From contig OZ024740.1 of assembly GCA_964016885.1 (NCBI GenBank), positions 378,200,001 to 378,264,000 on the forward strand: a stretch of 64,000 nt of DNA. The letters run 5' to 3'. The stretch's first letter is position 1. Every line of letters starts with the position of its first letter. Below are positions 39,601-49,149 of this stretch, piece by piece. The stretch is from Eledone cirrhosa (taxonomy: Eukaryota). The position numbers were made by a program, and so were the translations under genes. The notes under the pieces were generated by a model. The model was not told where the DNA came from. It worked only from the letters and a program-made list of their open reading frames with translations, and searched no databases.

Positions 39601-41124
39601 TTTGTTATCTATGTTTTCTTATTTGAATTCCAAATCACAGGTATATTCAACTTAATGTAGCCCTTGGATTTTCAGAGTGTTATACGAGAAGTGGCTATAA
39701 TTTTATATCGCCAATAGCATTTCCTCTCAGAAGTGTCAGATGGTTTTGGGAAGCTTAAAGTCTGTTTTTGAGTTTGCTTCATACAAAATAAGTCTGAGCA
39801 GGCAGGCATTTCCAGAAAAGCCCAGTTTCATCAATATTGCATATTTGTTCTGGTGTATAACCTCCTTCAGCAATCATTTTCTTCACCTCCTCGAGATAAT
39901 TAAAAGCAGCCTCTGTATCAACACTGGCAGCTTCACTGGTCATTTTAATGTACAAATTAAAGTGCTTTAAACCAGCCATTACTAGCCAGTAAAGGCTTTG
40001 CATTAGAAGTTTCACCTTTTCCTGCAATTCATCTTACAACCTTTTAATTTTTAATGACTATCGTGTTTATTGGTACATTACATACAATTTGATTGTCGAT
40101 CCACACACTTAAGCCATTCCATATTAAGCATAGAATCAGATCTATGAAAAAAATAATGTCTGAACAGTTAAGGGTGTAGTTGCTTAGGTACTTGACCTAA
40201 TTTTGTTTTTATTATCATACACTGTTTCCACTGTAAACATTTCCAACTTGAATGTTTTTGTAATGTGGTTACCTTTTTCTCCCACATCAAACCTTAGTAA
40301 AACTTCAAGTTTAACATCTAATGTAAACTCTTTACGACCCCTTTTTGCACTGTTTTCATTTAATTTGATAGCCTCATTTCAGGGCAATGGACTATACTTT
40401 GTGTTTGTAGTTGAAAAAAAAAAAAAAATCCACATGGTTGGATTTGACAGGGTGACGAGTGGGATGATGGGTGACCTCTGATAGCATGCAGAGGATACTG
40501 TGATGATAGCAATTACTAGTGCTTTGACTGGTGTGTCCAGATTTTAGAGGGGAGGGATTTAATGATGTGAGAATAGCTATTGAGGAGTGAAGCATGAATG
40601 GGGTGAATATGTGCAGTGTTGGTGAAAACTAGCTAAAGTGGCATGTGTGGGGTAGGGTGTCTAGGGATGGCTAGGATAGCTAAAGCATACTAGTGGAGGG
40701 GAAGGGTACATTGATGATGATGATGATTATATATGGAAACAAGTAGGTTTTTAAAACTAAATTTATTGATATTGATGGTATTCTGTGCCATTTAACAAAG
40801 GCCTGACACTTTAGGAAAATATTTTCAGTTTTTTTGTTTTGATTGAACTTAATCTTCAATGTAAATGTTATTGAATGTTTTGTTAGAACAATATTTTCCT
40901 AACTAAAACTTGAAAAAGAATTCAATGTAGAAAATATTGACTATTAACTTTCTAACACAATTCTTTTTCTTTCTGACAGGGTTTCTAACCTGGTGCATAA
41001 GATCTCCAATTCACCCAGGAAAGAACGAGCTTTGAAAATTTACACTGAAGATTTAAAATCTACTAGACTTTTGCCATCTTCTGTAGTTCCCTCTGCTGCT
41101 GGTGCAGCTTCTGGGCTAGACTAG
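9680..41124 (+). CDS. USP47: Ubiquitin carboxyl-terminal hydrolase 47, C-terminal portion (12 exons, 5'-partial; 2031 nt of coding sequence including the stop)
   Basis: Spliced translation gives [12 protein letters not shown]...VDKRITL...NQEFES...[18 protein letters not shown]...[11 protein letters not shown]...LDPFQEVVL...[14 protein letters not shown]...LDWNP...[11 protein letters not shown], which I recognise as the USP47 C-terminal Ubl region. All introns are GT-AG and all phases are compatible. Confidence 0.95.
9894..10790 (+). CDS. USP47: USP47 large exon encoding a Ser/Asp/Asn-rich acidic linker
   Basis: Polypyrimidine tract + aag| acceptor; 897-nt open frame (ORF 9893..10798); |gtaagt donor; ends in YRRYFEA; phase 1 to 1. 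Confidence 0.88.
11226..14850 (-). mobile_element. Near full-length RTE-clade LINE family A (APE endonuclease, RT with PHD finger), inactivated
   Basis: ORFs 14090-14536, 12470-14083 and 11526-12383: [48 protein letters not shown]; (GAT)n tail at ~11226-11241; 5' end approximate. Confidence 0.95.
15017..15108 (+). CDS. USP47: USP47 exon ([30 protein letters not shown])
   Basis: ttcaag| ... |gtaaat; phase 1 to 0. Confidence 0.93.
15570..15650 (+). CDS. USP47: USP47 exon ([27 protein letters not shown])
   Basis: Poly-T tract, tatag| ... |gtaatt; phase 0 to 0. Confidence 0.94.
16960..17040 (+). CDS. USP47: USP47 exon ([27 protein letters not shown])
   Basis: aatag| ... |gtaagt; phase 0 to 0. 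Confidence 0.95.
17460..17710 (-). mobile_element. Degraded tRNA-derived SINE
   Basis: Reverse-strand B-box (ggatttgaacc) and head (tgccaattcactgcc) resembling the SINE at 19628. Confidence 0.5.
18070..18185 (+). CDS. USP47: USP47 exon ([38 protein letters not shown])
   Basis: cattag| ... |gtaagt; phase 0 to 2. Confidence 0.94.
18975..19530 (+). repeat. Several degraded copies of the RTE/SINE 3' module (cacccagtacactctgtaaagtggttggtgttaggaagggcatccagc)
   Basis: Same motif as the LINE 3' UTRs; further copies near 16520, 45430-45660, 46270, 46560 and 46770. Confidence 0.6.
19628..19811 (+). mobile_element. tRNA-derived SINE with a Deu/Nin-like central domain and a 21-bp TSD
   Basis: A-box tggcagtatcgg, B-box gttcaaatcc, core gcctttcatccttacggggtcgataaaataaagtaccag; TSD attatattagtcttagtctta at 19603-19623 and 19812-19832. 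Confidence 0.88.
19820..21275 (-). mobile_element. RTE-clade LINE fragment (unrelated family), with an inverted 5' piece at ~21098-21275
   Basis: [32 protein letters not shown]; (TAAGAC)n tail; [30 protein letters not shown] on the + strand. Confidence 0.9.
21276..21793 (+). mobile_element. CR1-like LINE 3' end with (TTA)n tail
   Basis: [19 protein letters not shown]...DL...CGHAYKI...[17 protein letters not shown]. Confidence 0.85.
21796..21988 (+). mobile_element. tRNA-derived SINE, second copy of the 19628 family
   Basis: Near-identical to 19628-19811. Confidence 0.88.
23437..23555 (+). CDS. USP47: USP47 exon ([39 protein letters not shown])
   Basis: gatcag| ... |gtaaag; phase 2 to 1. 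Confidence 0.94.
24386..25525 (+). mobile_element. RTE family A, 5'-truncated, with (GAT)n tail
   Basis: ORF 24358-25224 from the PHD finger to the C-terminus; 3' UTR as in the 11226 copy. Confidence 0.95.
25560..26068 (+). mobile_element. Older degraded RTE 3' fragment (family C-like)
   Basis: Decayed [16 protein letters not shown] and [10 protein letters not shown]; gat tail. Confidence 0.8.
26095..28311 (+). mobile_element. RTE family A, 5'-truncated, frameshifted
   Basis: ORFs 26439-27116 and 27125-27634; collinear with the 11226 copy. Confidence 0.95.
28443..28510 (-). ncRNA. Degenerate type I hammerhead ribozyme in a probable PLE terminal-repeat remnant
   Basis: Reverse strand: attaatgcc-CUGACGA-stem II-GAAA-cgcatata-gacattaat. 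Confidence 0.5.
28768..28898 (+). CDS. USP47: USP47 exon ([43 protein letters not shown])
   Basis: aacag| ... |gtaagt; phase 1 to 0. Confidence 0.94.
28965..29072 (-). mobile_element. RTE family B extreme 3' end
   Basis: (CAT)n tail plus the 3' UTR terminus. Confidence 0.88.
30153..30200 (+). CDS. USP47: USP47 exon ([16 protein letters not shown])
   Basis: tgttag| ... |gtaaat; phase 0 to 0. Confidence 0.92.
30330..30512 (-). mobile_element. Degraded tRNA-derived SINE
   Basis: Reverse-strand head ggtggcaaattgacagagtcgttagaacgtcag and Deu-like core remnant. Confidence 0.5.
30889..31019 (+). CDS. USP47: USP47 exon ([43 protein letters not shown])
   Basis: gtacag| ... |gttagt; phase 0 to 2. 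Confidence 0.93.
31206..33204 (-). mobile_element. RTE family B, 5'-truncated, reading frame uninterrupted (young copy)
   Basis: 464-aa ORF 31716-33110 containing RT ([19 protein letters not shown]), PHD finger and C-terminus; 3' UTR has an internal tandem duplication. Confidence 0.96.
33884..34104. mobile_element. piggyBac-type MITE
   Basis: TTAA at 33880-33883 and 34105-34108; TIRs ccctttagcattta / taaatgctaatggg. Confidence 0.75.
34464..34532 (+). CDS. USP47: USP47 exon ([22 protein letters not shown])
   Basis: ttcag| ... |gtaaat; phase 2 to 2. Confidence 0.92.
34727..36435 (+). mobile_element. RTE family B, 5'-truncated, with a ~30-bp TSD
   Basis: ORFs 34735-35595 and 35735-36046; TSD tttattataa(t/g)tatataagataaatatgta at 34697-34726 and 36435-36464. 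Confidence 0.95.
36588..37014 (-). mobile_element. RTE family B, 3' UTR-only copy
   Basis: Near-identical to 31206-31627, including the tandem duplication. Confidence 0.94.
37541..37870 (-). mobile_element. RTE 3' UTR fragment adjoining a CORE-like tRNA SINE fragment
   Basis: Tail and UTR motifs at 37541-37700; aagtgtcttgctcaagg and the reverse B-box gaattgaactc at 37770-37860. Confidence 0.65.
38830..40390 (-). mobile_element. Decayed Tigger/pogo-type DNA transposon
   Basis: [20 protein letters not shown] (first catalytic D), SEAASVD, and an LDKA/LDNA-like motif; many stops. Confidence 0.82.
40980..41124 (+). CDS. USP47: USP47 terminal coding exon ([26 protein letters not shown]...GLD*)
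   Basis: gacag| acceptor; [11 protein letters not shown] motif; TAG at 41122-41124. Confidence 0.93.
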
Positions 41125-42200
41125 TATAATAATGAGTTGCTGATTTTTATTCGTTTGTCTTCTCTTGTGATGTAAATAGAAAGAGAATGAGAAGAAAATG
41201 ACAGTGTTAAAAAGAACATGTTCTGGATGTTGTGCAATGACTTCAATTCCTTCCTTAGCTTCTGAATGGATACTTCTGCTTCATTTTAAAGACATTTCTG
41301 CTTTTTTCACCTTTTCTTGATTCTTCTTTTCCATTTCCTTTTACTTGCAGGGAATGACAATACAACTTTATGAAGCAGTTGTTTTTACAGCAATAATCCA
41401 GTAGTTTATTGTTACATTATAAAGGAAATGTTTATAATGTTCTTTTCTCATCTTCCCCATTGCAAATCCTAATGTGCATAAAATGTATGTGCATTTCAGG
41501 TTTATTACTAATGAATAGCTTTTGTGAAATCCTGTGCCATAAATGAACTCTCAATGGAGCAACTACATAGCAATATTTCAAATGCATTACATACATACAT
41601 GTGCTTACTTATATGCACACGCGCACACATATACATCGAACAAGTTGATGTTAATTTTGACCAATAGAAATAGACTTTGTTTTTTTTTTTTTTTTTTGAA
41701 AGAACCAGAAGTTGTAACTTTTGCAAATAAGTCTGTCCAAGTATCCATGCCTAATTCTGCCCTCACCAATTATTTATTTTATTTTTCATGAAAAAAGTTG
41801 TCTGTGATTGATTGTATATTAAGAAACAGGCAGATTAACTTTGAGATTCTTAGACTCACAGTTGCATACATAGCATATTTTAATAATTTGCAAGGTACAA
41901 TTGCTTTACAAACCAACTGGTTACTCTGTTATATTTAGTCATTGGATTGTGTGGATTTACCTTGTAGGTAATGATTTAGATTGTCTATTGAAGAACATTA
42001 GATAGCTGCAACAGACATTTCAGCTTGATTGTTAATTTGTACAAAAATATTGAATTGCCTTTTCTCTAAATTGTATATTCTGTTTTGGTTGTATTAGCAG
42101 TAACTGTTGTTGTACTGTTCCTTTATTGTTGTTAGTTTCACAGTATGCATTTTTAAAGTAAATAAAAAAAAATCTTGTATTTGAGTACTGCTGCCATTAG
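41125..42200 (+). other. Probable USP47 3' UTR; candidate AATAAA at 42161-42166 (a second at 42611-42616)
   Basis: U-rich sequence with no recognisable transposon after the stop codon; true 3' end not determinable. Confidence 0.5.
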
Positions 42201-43344
42201 TCAAGAAATTAGACAAATTTGTTAGTGTTAAAATTTGAAATGATAGCAACTTAAATATTATGTATTAAAGTTATCATTTCACTTTCTCCCTTCTTACCTC
42301 TCCAATTTTCTTTATCTCTGTTTCATTCATACACACAAACATATATATACTTACATATATGTATGTGTGTGTATCCTTATCCCTACCTATTGAAGATACT
42401 TATATACACATCTATCTACACATACTCTTGTATACTATTTACATATGCACAAACAAAGCTCTTATTCAGTTAAATATTTACTGGTGGATGTGTATGTAAT
42501 ATTTATGAATTCTTCTAGAAGATAAAAGTATGGAATTGATTGCTAGATTGTTGTGTAACTTTGAACTCAATTTGGGATTGACAAGTAAATAGATAGATAT
42601 CCCTTTAGTGAATAAAAAGGGTTAAATAACATGTTTTACTTCAACATTTGTTTTGAGTTTGTTAGTGTATCTTGACAGTAACAACATTACTGTGTTACAG
42701 GATTGATAAATCAGTATGCTTGATGAGAACATTACAGTGGATTTGTATAACATTTTCTAACAATTGAGTTCAAATGTATTATCAGCTTTGTCTAGTAAAT
42801 GTTATTTGAACTATTAAAGTAGGTTTTTTTTTGTTGTTGATTTTTTTTATCACCTTAACTGGTATTATCTCCAATTATCCTCAAATATTGTATTTTACAT
42901 TATACTCTCTTGTATTGCAATTGAATTAAAAAATTTAAACCAGACATTAGATGGATAATTCTCTATATGAATTTGAGGATAATTGTAAGTTCCAGTTGAA
43001 ACTTGTAACAAAAAAACAACAATGATAAATTTAATAATAATCTGAATCTTCTCATACTTTGTTTCAAAAATACAAATTCAACTCTTTGCTGCCTTAATCT
43101 TAGCAGCAACAGCCATGGCTTTTTCTGTGAGGAACTGTTCAGGTTGTATAAGACATGTGCTATAATTAGTTTGGTTTCTTTATTCCTTAAACAATCTTTA
43201 CAACAGCATTAAATATTTTTGTATATATATAAAAACATCAAATTCTTCATTTAAAATGCCATTATTTCCTTAATTTTCTGTTCTAGTCCCCTAAAACAAT
43301 TATACTATTGGTATATTTAACAATGCCTTCATATTTGGTGATAT

Positions 43345-44610
43345 TTGCCTTCATAATAAGTAATGAGAAAATTTCAGGAGGGACATTAAATATTCAATTA
43401 GAATGCTACTTCATTTTGAAGTAGACTTTACATATAATGTATAAAGTGACTAACTGGCAACTGGCAATTTCTTATCTGCCTAGGTTGGAGCACAGTGGCA
43501 TACATAGTGGAAGCAGTGTGATCTGATTTGCCAATGTGGCAAAATGCAGGGAAATATAGAGTAACATTGTCATCAAATTTTGAGTTAAAACCAGGCAAGA
43601 AGCCTATGCAATGTTAGAGGGTAGTTGTGGGGGTGAATTGATGAGCAAGCAAGTTCCTACAGATGTTTTAAATGATTTTCTGAAGAAGGAAACGAACAGG
43701 TTGAGGATAAATGTAGATCTGGTGCATCAAAGGAGGAAAATATAGAGGATTTGTGAAGGTTAGTGATATAAGACTGTTGATCTACTGTGAGGATATCTGA
43801 AGCTGTTGGTATTAGTATTGACACAGTGGAGACAATTCTGACCAAAGATCTGGAACTCCACAAAGTCTATGCCAAGTTTGTGCCAGAGGCATCTTTGTAT
43901 GAAATGTTGCATTGGCATTCTTGATATGATAGAGGCTGATTCTGATTTCCTGAATAAGTAGTGACTTGCAATGAGAGCAAATATCTGAGTGCTCAGTGAA
44001 AGTGTGTCCTCTCCCAGGCCCACGAAGGCAAAGATGAGCAGGTTGCAAGAAAAGGCCATGGTTATTCCTTTCTTTGAATCCCAGGAGCTAATTTACATGG
44101 AATAGGTTCCTGAAAGCCAAACTGTCAATAAGGAGTTCTGAAATGGTTCAGGGAGAGGATGAGGGAGGCCACGGCAGTGGAGAATGGTGGCTCCACCAGG
44201 ACAATGCCCCATGCTACAAGTCAATTCTGGTGACCACCTAGATGACCAACAGGGGAATGAAAGTGGTACAACACCCAACTTACAGCCCCAACCTGGCTCC
44301 TGGTGACTTTTTTCTGTTCCTATGCATGAAAGACAGCCTCAGGGGAATCTGATTTGAGTCAACATAGGAGTTGAAGGAGGCATTGGTGAATTTCCTGAGG
44401 GAATTGCTGAAAAAGGACTGGGAGAGGTCTTCCAGGAGTGGGTAAGACATCTGTGCAAGTGTGTAGATGTGAGAGGTCTTCCAGGAATGGGGAAGACACC
44501 TGTGCAAGTGTGTATATATGAGAGGTCATTATTTTGAAGGAGACAAAGTTTCTAAGCTTATGAAAATAAATGTCTCCTGAAATTTTCTCATATATTGAAC
44601 ATACTTTGTA
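43345..44610 (+). mobile_element. Decayed mariner transposon
   Basis: HQDNAP and YSPNLAPGDFFLF motifs; TIR remnants atgagaaaatttcaggag (43363) / ctcctgaaattttctcat (44574-44591). Confidence 0.88.
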
Positions 44611-44989
44611 TAGTGACATGATTCATATTTAGGTCTTATATACATTCATCTATAAATGGTCTTGTGCCTACGAGAGTTATGTGATTAATAGAAATAATTA
44701 TACAAATAACTGGGAGCAATTTGGGACCAAATAGTAAATTTATAAAGCAATTGGATGTCCTTTCTACTTAATTTTATTTGCTCACATGTAGAGTTGCTTT
44801 TGAGTTTAGAATCCACTTATTCATTAACCATCTTGAAAAGAGATTTTTTTTTTTTTTTTTTTTCTTTTTTATATTTTTAACAATAACTTTTCCTTATCTT
44901 ACTCTTAAAGAACTGCAAGTAAAGGGATTCATTTATATTTTAATATAGTGAGCTGTAGATTATATAAAAGATAATTGTATTATTAATTG

Positions 44990-45430
44990 AATCCCAATTT
45001 TCAAAAAAGGAGATAAGAGATTGCTCTAATTATAGAGGAATCTCTTTGTTAAGCCTTCCTTATAAAGTCTAGGCTAAAGAGATGTAGGAATATTATCAAG
45101 TCTAAGCTAGCTGATAAACAGTGTGGTTTTTGCCCAGGGCACAGCCAACCAAATATTCACACTGCAGCAGATCTTTGAGAAATCATGGGCGTATTGCCAA
45201 GAGATGTATGCTTGTTTTGTAGACCTCAAAAAGGCATATGACTGTGTTCCACAGGACTTGTTGTGGAAGGTTCTGCACTTGTATAGGATCAGTGGACAAT
45301 TTCTAGTTGCCTTGAAGTCCCTAGTGTTTGGATAAATGGTGCTAAGTTGAAACCATTCATGGACTCTGCCAAGGATGTGTACAGTCACCTCTCCTGTTCA
45401 TAATCTTCATCAACAGGATTGACTGTAAAG
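44990..45430 (+). mobile_element. Degraded LINE RT fragment
   Basis: PIFKKGD...NYRGISLLS; QIFTLQQIFEK; CFVDLKKAYD. Confidence 0.82.
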
Positions 45431-45943
45431 TGGTAGTGCTGGTGCTACAACAAAAGCACCCAGTAAGGTGGTAGTACCAGTCTTAATAAAATACTCCCAG
45501 TACACTCTGTAAACTAGTTGGTGTTAAGAAACTATGCTTTCAGTACATGTTGTTAAGAGTTTCTAGCTGTAGAAACCAAGCCAAAACAAAGTATATGAGC
45601 AAGACCTAATCACTTAATGATCCAGCCTTAGCATGCAAGCATAGAAAAATATGTTAAAAGGTGGTGTTGATACTAATGTAGTACCTGTCAAAATTGACAT
45701 GGTTTATATTAAAAAAAAAAAATAATAATTCCTTGATGACAGCATTCTCTGTAAAGATGTTTGACTCCTCAAGTTTTCCTTGATTTTCCCCTTCAAACAT
45801 ATATTCACTAAATTTGGATGAATTTGTTCTACTTGAGTATCTATCTGACTCAGGATTACTATTTGGATCCGTGCTTCATTGCTGCTGCTTTTGTTATTCT
45901 TGTACATGCGATAGATGCGTGTTAAATATACATAAATAAATAG

Positions 45944-45978
<35 letters not shown>

Positions 45979-46899
45979 GTAGGTAAATAAATAGATAGAT
46001 AATGAATAAATGAAAGGGAAAGTATTTTGAACAGAGTAATGAAGTGTATATTAATGATGAAATGAAAGTGAATTAGTAAAAGATATTTTGAACAAAGGAA
46101 TAAAGTGTGAAATAAAATAAAGAATATTTATAAGGAACAGTTTCCATGGGTTAGCATGCACTCGAAGGGGGGGCACACACACACACACACTTTTTATTTC
46201 TTTAACAATTCCTTGAAATGATCAACTATCACTGTCATGTGAGCATGTGCTTTATTATGATTTCTAATTTATAGGTGTTAAGAAGGGTATCCAGCCATAG
46301 AAACCAAGCCAAAATACAGTTCTTTTATCACTACTTTAGGCTGTCAGGCATCATACCCTCTATTCATGGTCACTTCCACTACCAAGCATTTGTTCTCACC
46401 CGCCTTCTCCGAGTGATCACTCTCAGCAACAACCATGTAGCTATCATTGCTCCCACCCACTTAGTGCCACTTCCATCAAGCTCTATTTCCTTCTGTTACT
46501 GCTTCTCTCTGCTCAACTAAGGATACAACAATCACCCTAGTACAGGTTCCACAATAAAATGCACCCACTCCACTCTGTAACCTGGTTGGTGTTGGGTGTA
46601 GCATCCAGCTGCTATAGAATCTATGCCAAAATGGAACATATGAGCAAGATGTGGTCATCTGACCTGTCTCGTCCCAGACCATGACAACACGTCCAATCTG
46701 GAAAACAGACATAAAACAATAACTGGTTTTAGCCATTGGAAGACCTCTGTAGTGCTGGTAGCATAAATAAATACACCGAGTCTATGCTATAAAGTAGATG
46801 GTGATAGGAAGAGCCTCTGGCTAGAAAAACTCTGCCAAAATTATAAAAAGCACAATACAGGACTAACAATAGTCATGGTAGTGGAATGGCAAAAGTAGC

Positions 46900-48357
46900 T
46901 AAGTGCAAGTCACACACCATTTTCCCCTTCCATGTACAAAGAACATGCCATCAACACCTTTCAGGGCTGCCACTCTCAATATGTCACTGAAAGGTAGATC
47001 AGGAGAAATTGTGGAGTTCCTAGAGAGGAGGCAAGTAGATGTATGCTGTGTACAAGACATGAGATGGAAGGTGCTTCAGCAAGACTACTCACAGGCAAAC
47101 AACATAATTTCAAGCTCTTCTGGGTAGGAAATGTTGATGGGGTAGGTGATGTAGGCATTCTACTTGCTGAGAAATGGATAGAGTAATAGAGGTAGTTAGC
47201 TTGATAAATGTCACTTACTCTAAGATTAGTTGTAGTCAATAGAATGGTGACAATAACCTCTACTGAACTATAAAGAACAAAACGACTGTTTCTCTGATGA
47301 CCCTTTACAGACAACCTCAATTAAAGATGAGGAAATCTGCCAGCCATCTAATCACCTAATAATCTGGCGAACACACAAGGTAGATTGACTTCTTACTTGT
47401 AAGATGAGATAGACAGACAGTTATAAATGCTAAGACCTTTCCTGGTGAAAAATGTGCTGTCCAATACAAGTTAGCTATTAGTGACATCATAAGAAACACA
47501 AGACAAAACATGACGTGCAGGAATATATGAAAACAGAGACTATAGAAGCTAAAGGACCTTTCTGTTAAATATAGGTTTAGAAAGGCTGTACAAGATACAT
47601 ATGATGAGAAGGGAGATGAACTGAATATATTTAACATAGGACAATTGGAACTTTTTACGCCAGACAGAGGGTGACTTGGTGGTGGAACAGCACAGTCGAT
47701 AGAGTGATAAAGGCCCAAGGTGGAGAACGACTGGGAAATAGGGGTAGCAGAGACCAGTACCAGGTAGCTAAAAAAGAAGCTAGAAGACAAGTATACATAG
47801 CTTGGAAAGAGGCTTAAACTAGGTTTGCCAATGTGCTCCAAGGGCATAGTAGCTAGAATAAGGATAGGATGGAAGAAGTTTAGGGAACTATTACCTCTAC
47901 AACAAAAGGTTTCTCTCTTTGAATGAAAGGATGACTGTGTGAAGTGCTACGCTGCATGGTTCTGAAACATGGGCAGTGAGTGCTGAGGGTATACACAGGC
48001 TGGAGAGAAATGAAGAAAGTGTGCTTTGATGGATGTGCAATTTAATGAAAGAGAATGACAGAGCTTGAATGAACTGAGAGAAAAACTGGGTATAAGAGGA
48101 ATCAAAAGTAGTATGCAAGAGAGAAGACTACATTGGTATAGACATGTGATGTGCATGGATGGTCATTGCTGAGTGAAGAAGTACCAAGAAATCACAGTAG
48201 AAGGCCAAGGAAGACCTGGGCAGTGGAGTTGATCTCAAATCGCTGAAAGTGACGGTGGATATAACAAAGGATCACAAGTGGAGAAATGCTGTGCTGGAAA
48301 AAAAAAAGACCTGTCCAACCCATACAAACGTGGAAAAATGTATGGAAAAACGATGAC
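46900..48357 (+). mobile_element. Old, internally deleted RTE of the A/B/C group
   Basis: ATLNMSLKGRSGEIVEFLERRQVDVCCVQDMRW endonuclease start, then decayed C-terminal motifs; RT core missing. Confidence 0.82.
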
Positions 48358-49149
48358 TGTCACCATACTGTGGCACCACCTTCAAGAGCTTAGTCAATCA
48401 TAATGAAACCTTACTTTAAATCTAGTACTTATTTCATTCACCTCTCTTGGTTTAGTCATAAACTCATGCATCAGGTTATATATTTTAATGTCATACCATC
48501 ATTGGAGAAACTTAAATGCACTGAACACCTGGCTTTCAAATGATACAGATAACAAAGGAATTATGATAATATCACCATAACTAAACATCCACATCAACAC
48601 TTCACCAAGACAACTACAGCTCTTCCCCAGATATCACCTTCTGCTCCATACACTTAGTTATCACAACCATTTGGCAAACAATTCTCCAATTTTCATTGGG
48701 CCAATCATGAATTCTCATTACAACACACTTGCACATCAATAAAGAGTGTAAAAACACTTTTAAAAACTTAACCCTTTTGATACTAAACTGCCTATTTTGT
48801 TATATAAAGCTGTTTATATTTAATCGTTCCCCACCTCCCTAATCTATCACCAACAAAATCTTTATTTTACGTGATAGCATTCCTGCGACAATTTTCTTTA
48901 CACACTAAAAAACGTCTACATTACAAGAAATCTCATGTTATAAAATAAACAGGATGGGTTGGCGTCTCAATATGTAAACTGTGAAAGTAATTTTAATTTT
49001 ATTTCATAAATACATTACAAATCGTTTGCAATTCTTTCAGAAAATATATACTTCATAGTTGCACAAACATTACAAATCGTTTGCAATTCCTTCAGAGTGA
49101 AAATATAAACAGAGCATATAAATAAATTTACAGTAGAATAACATAATCG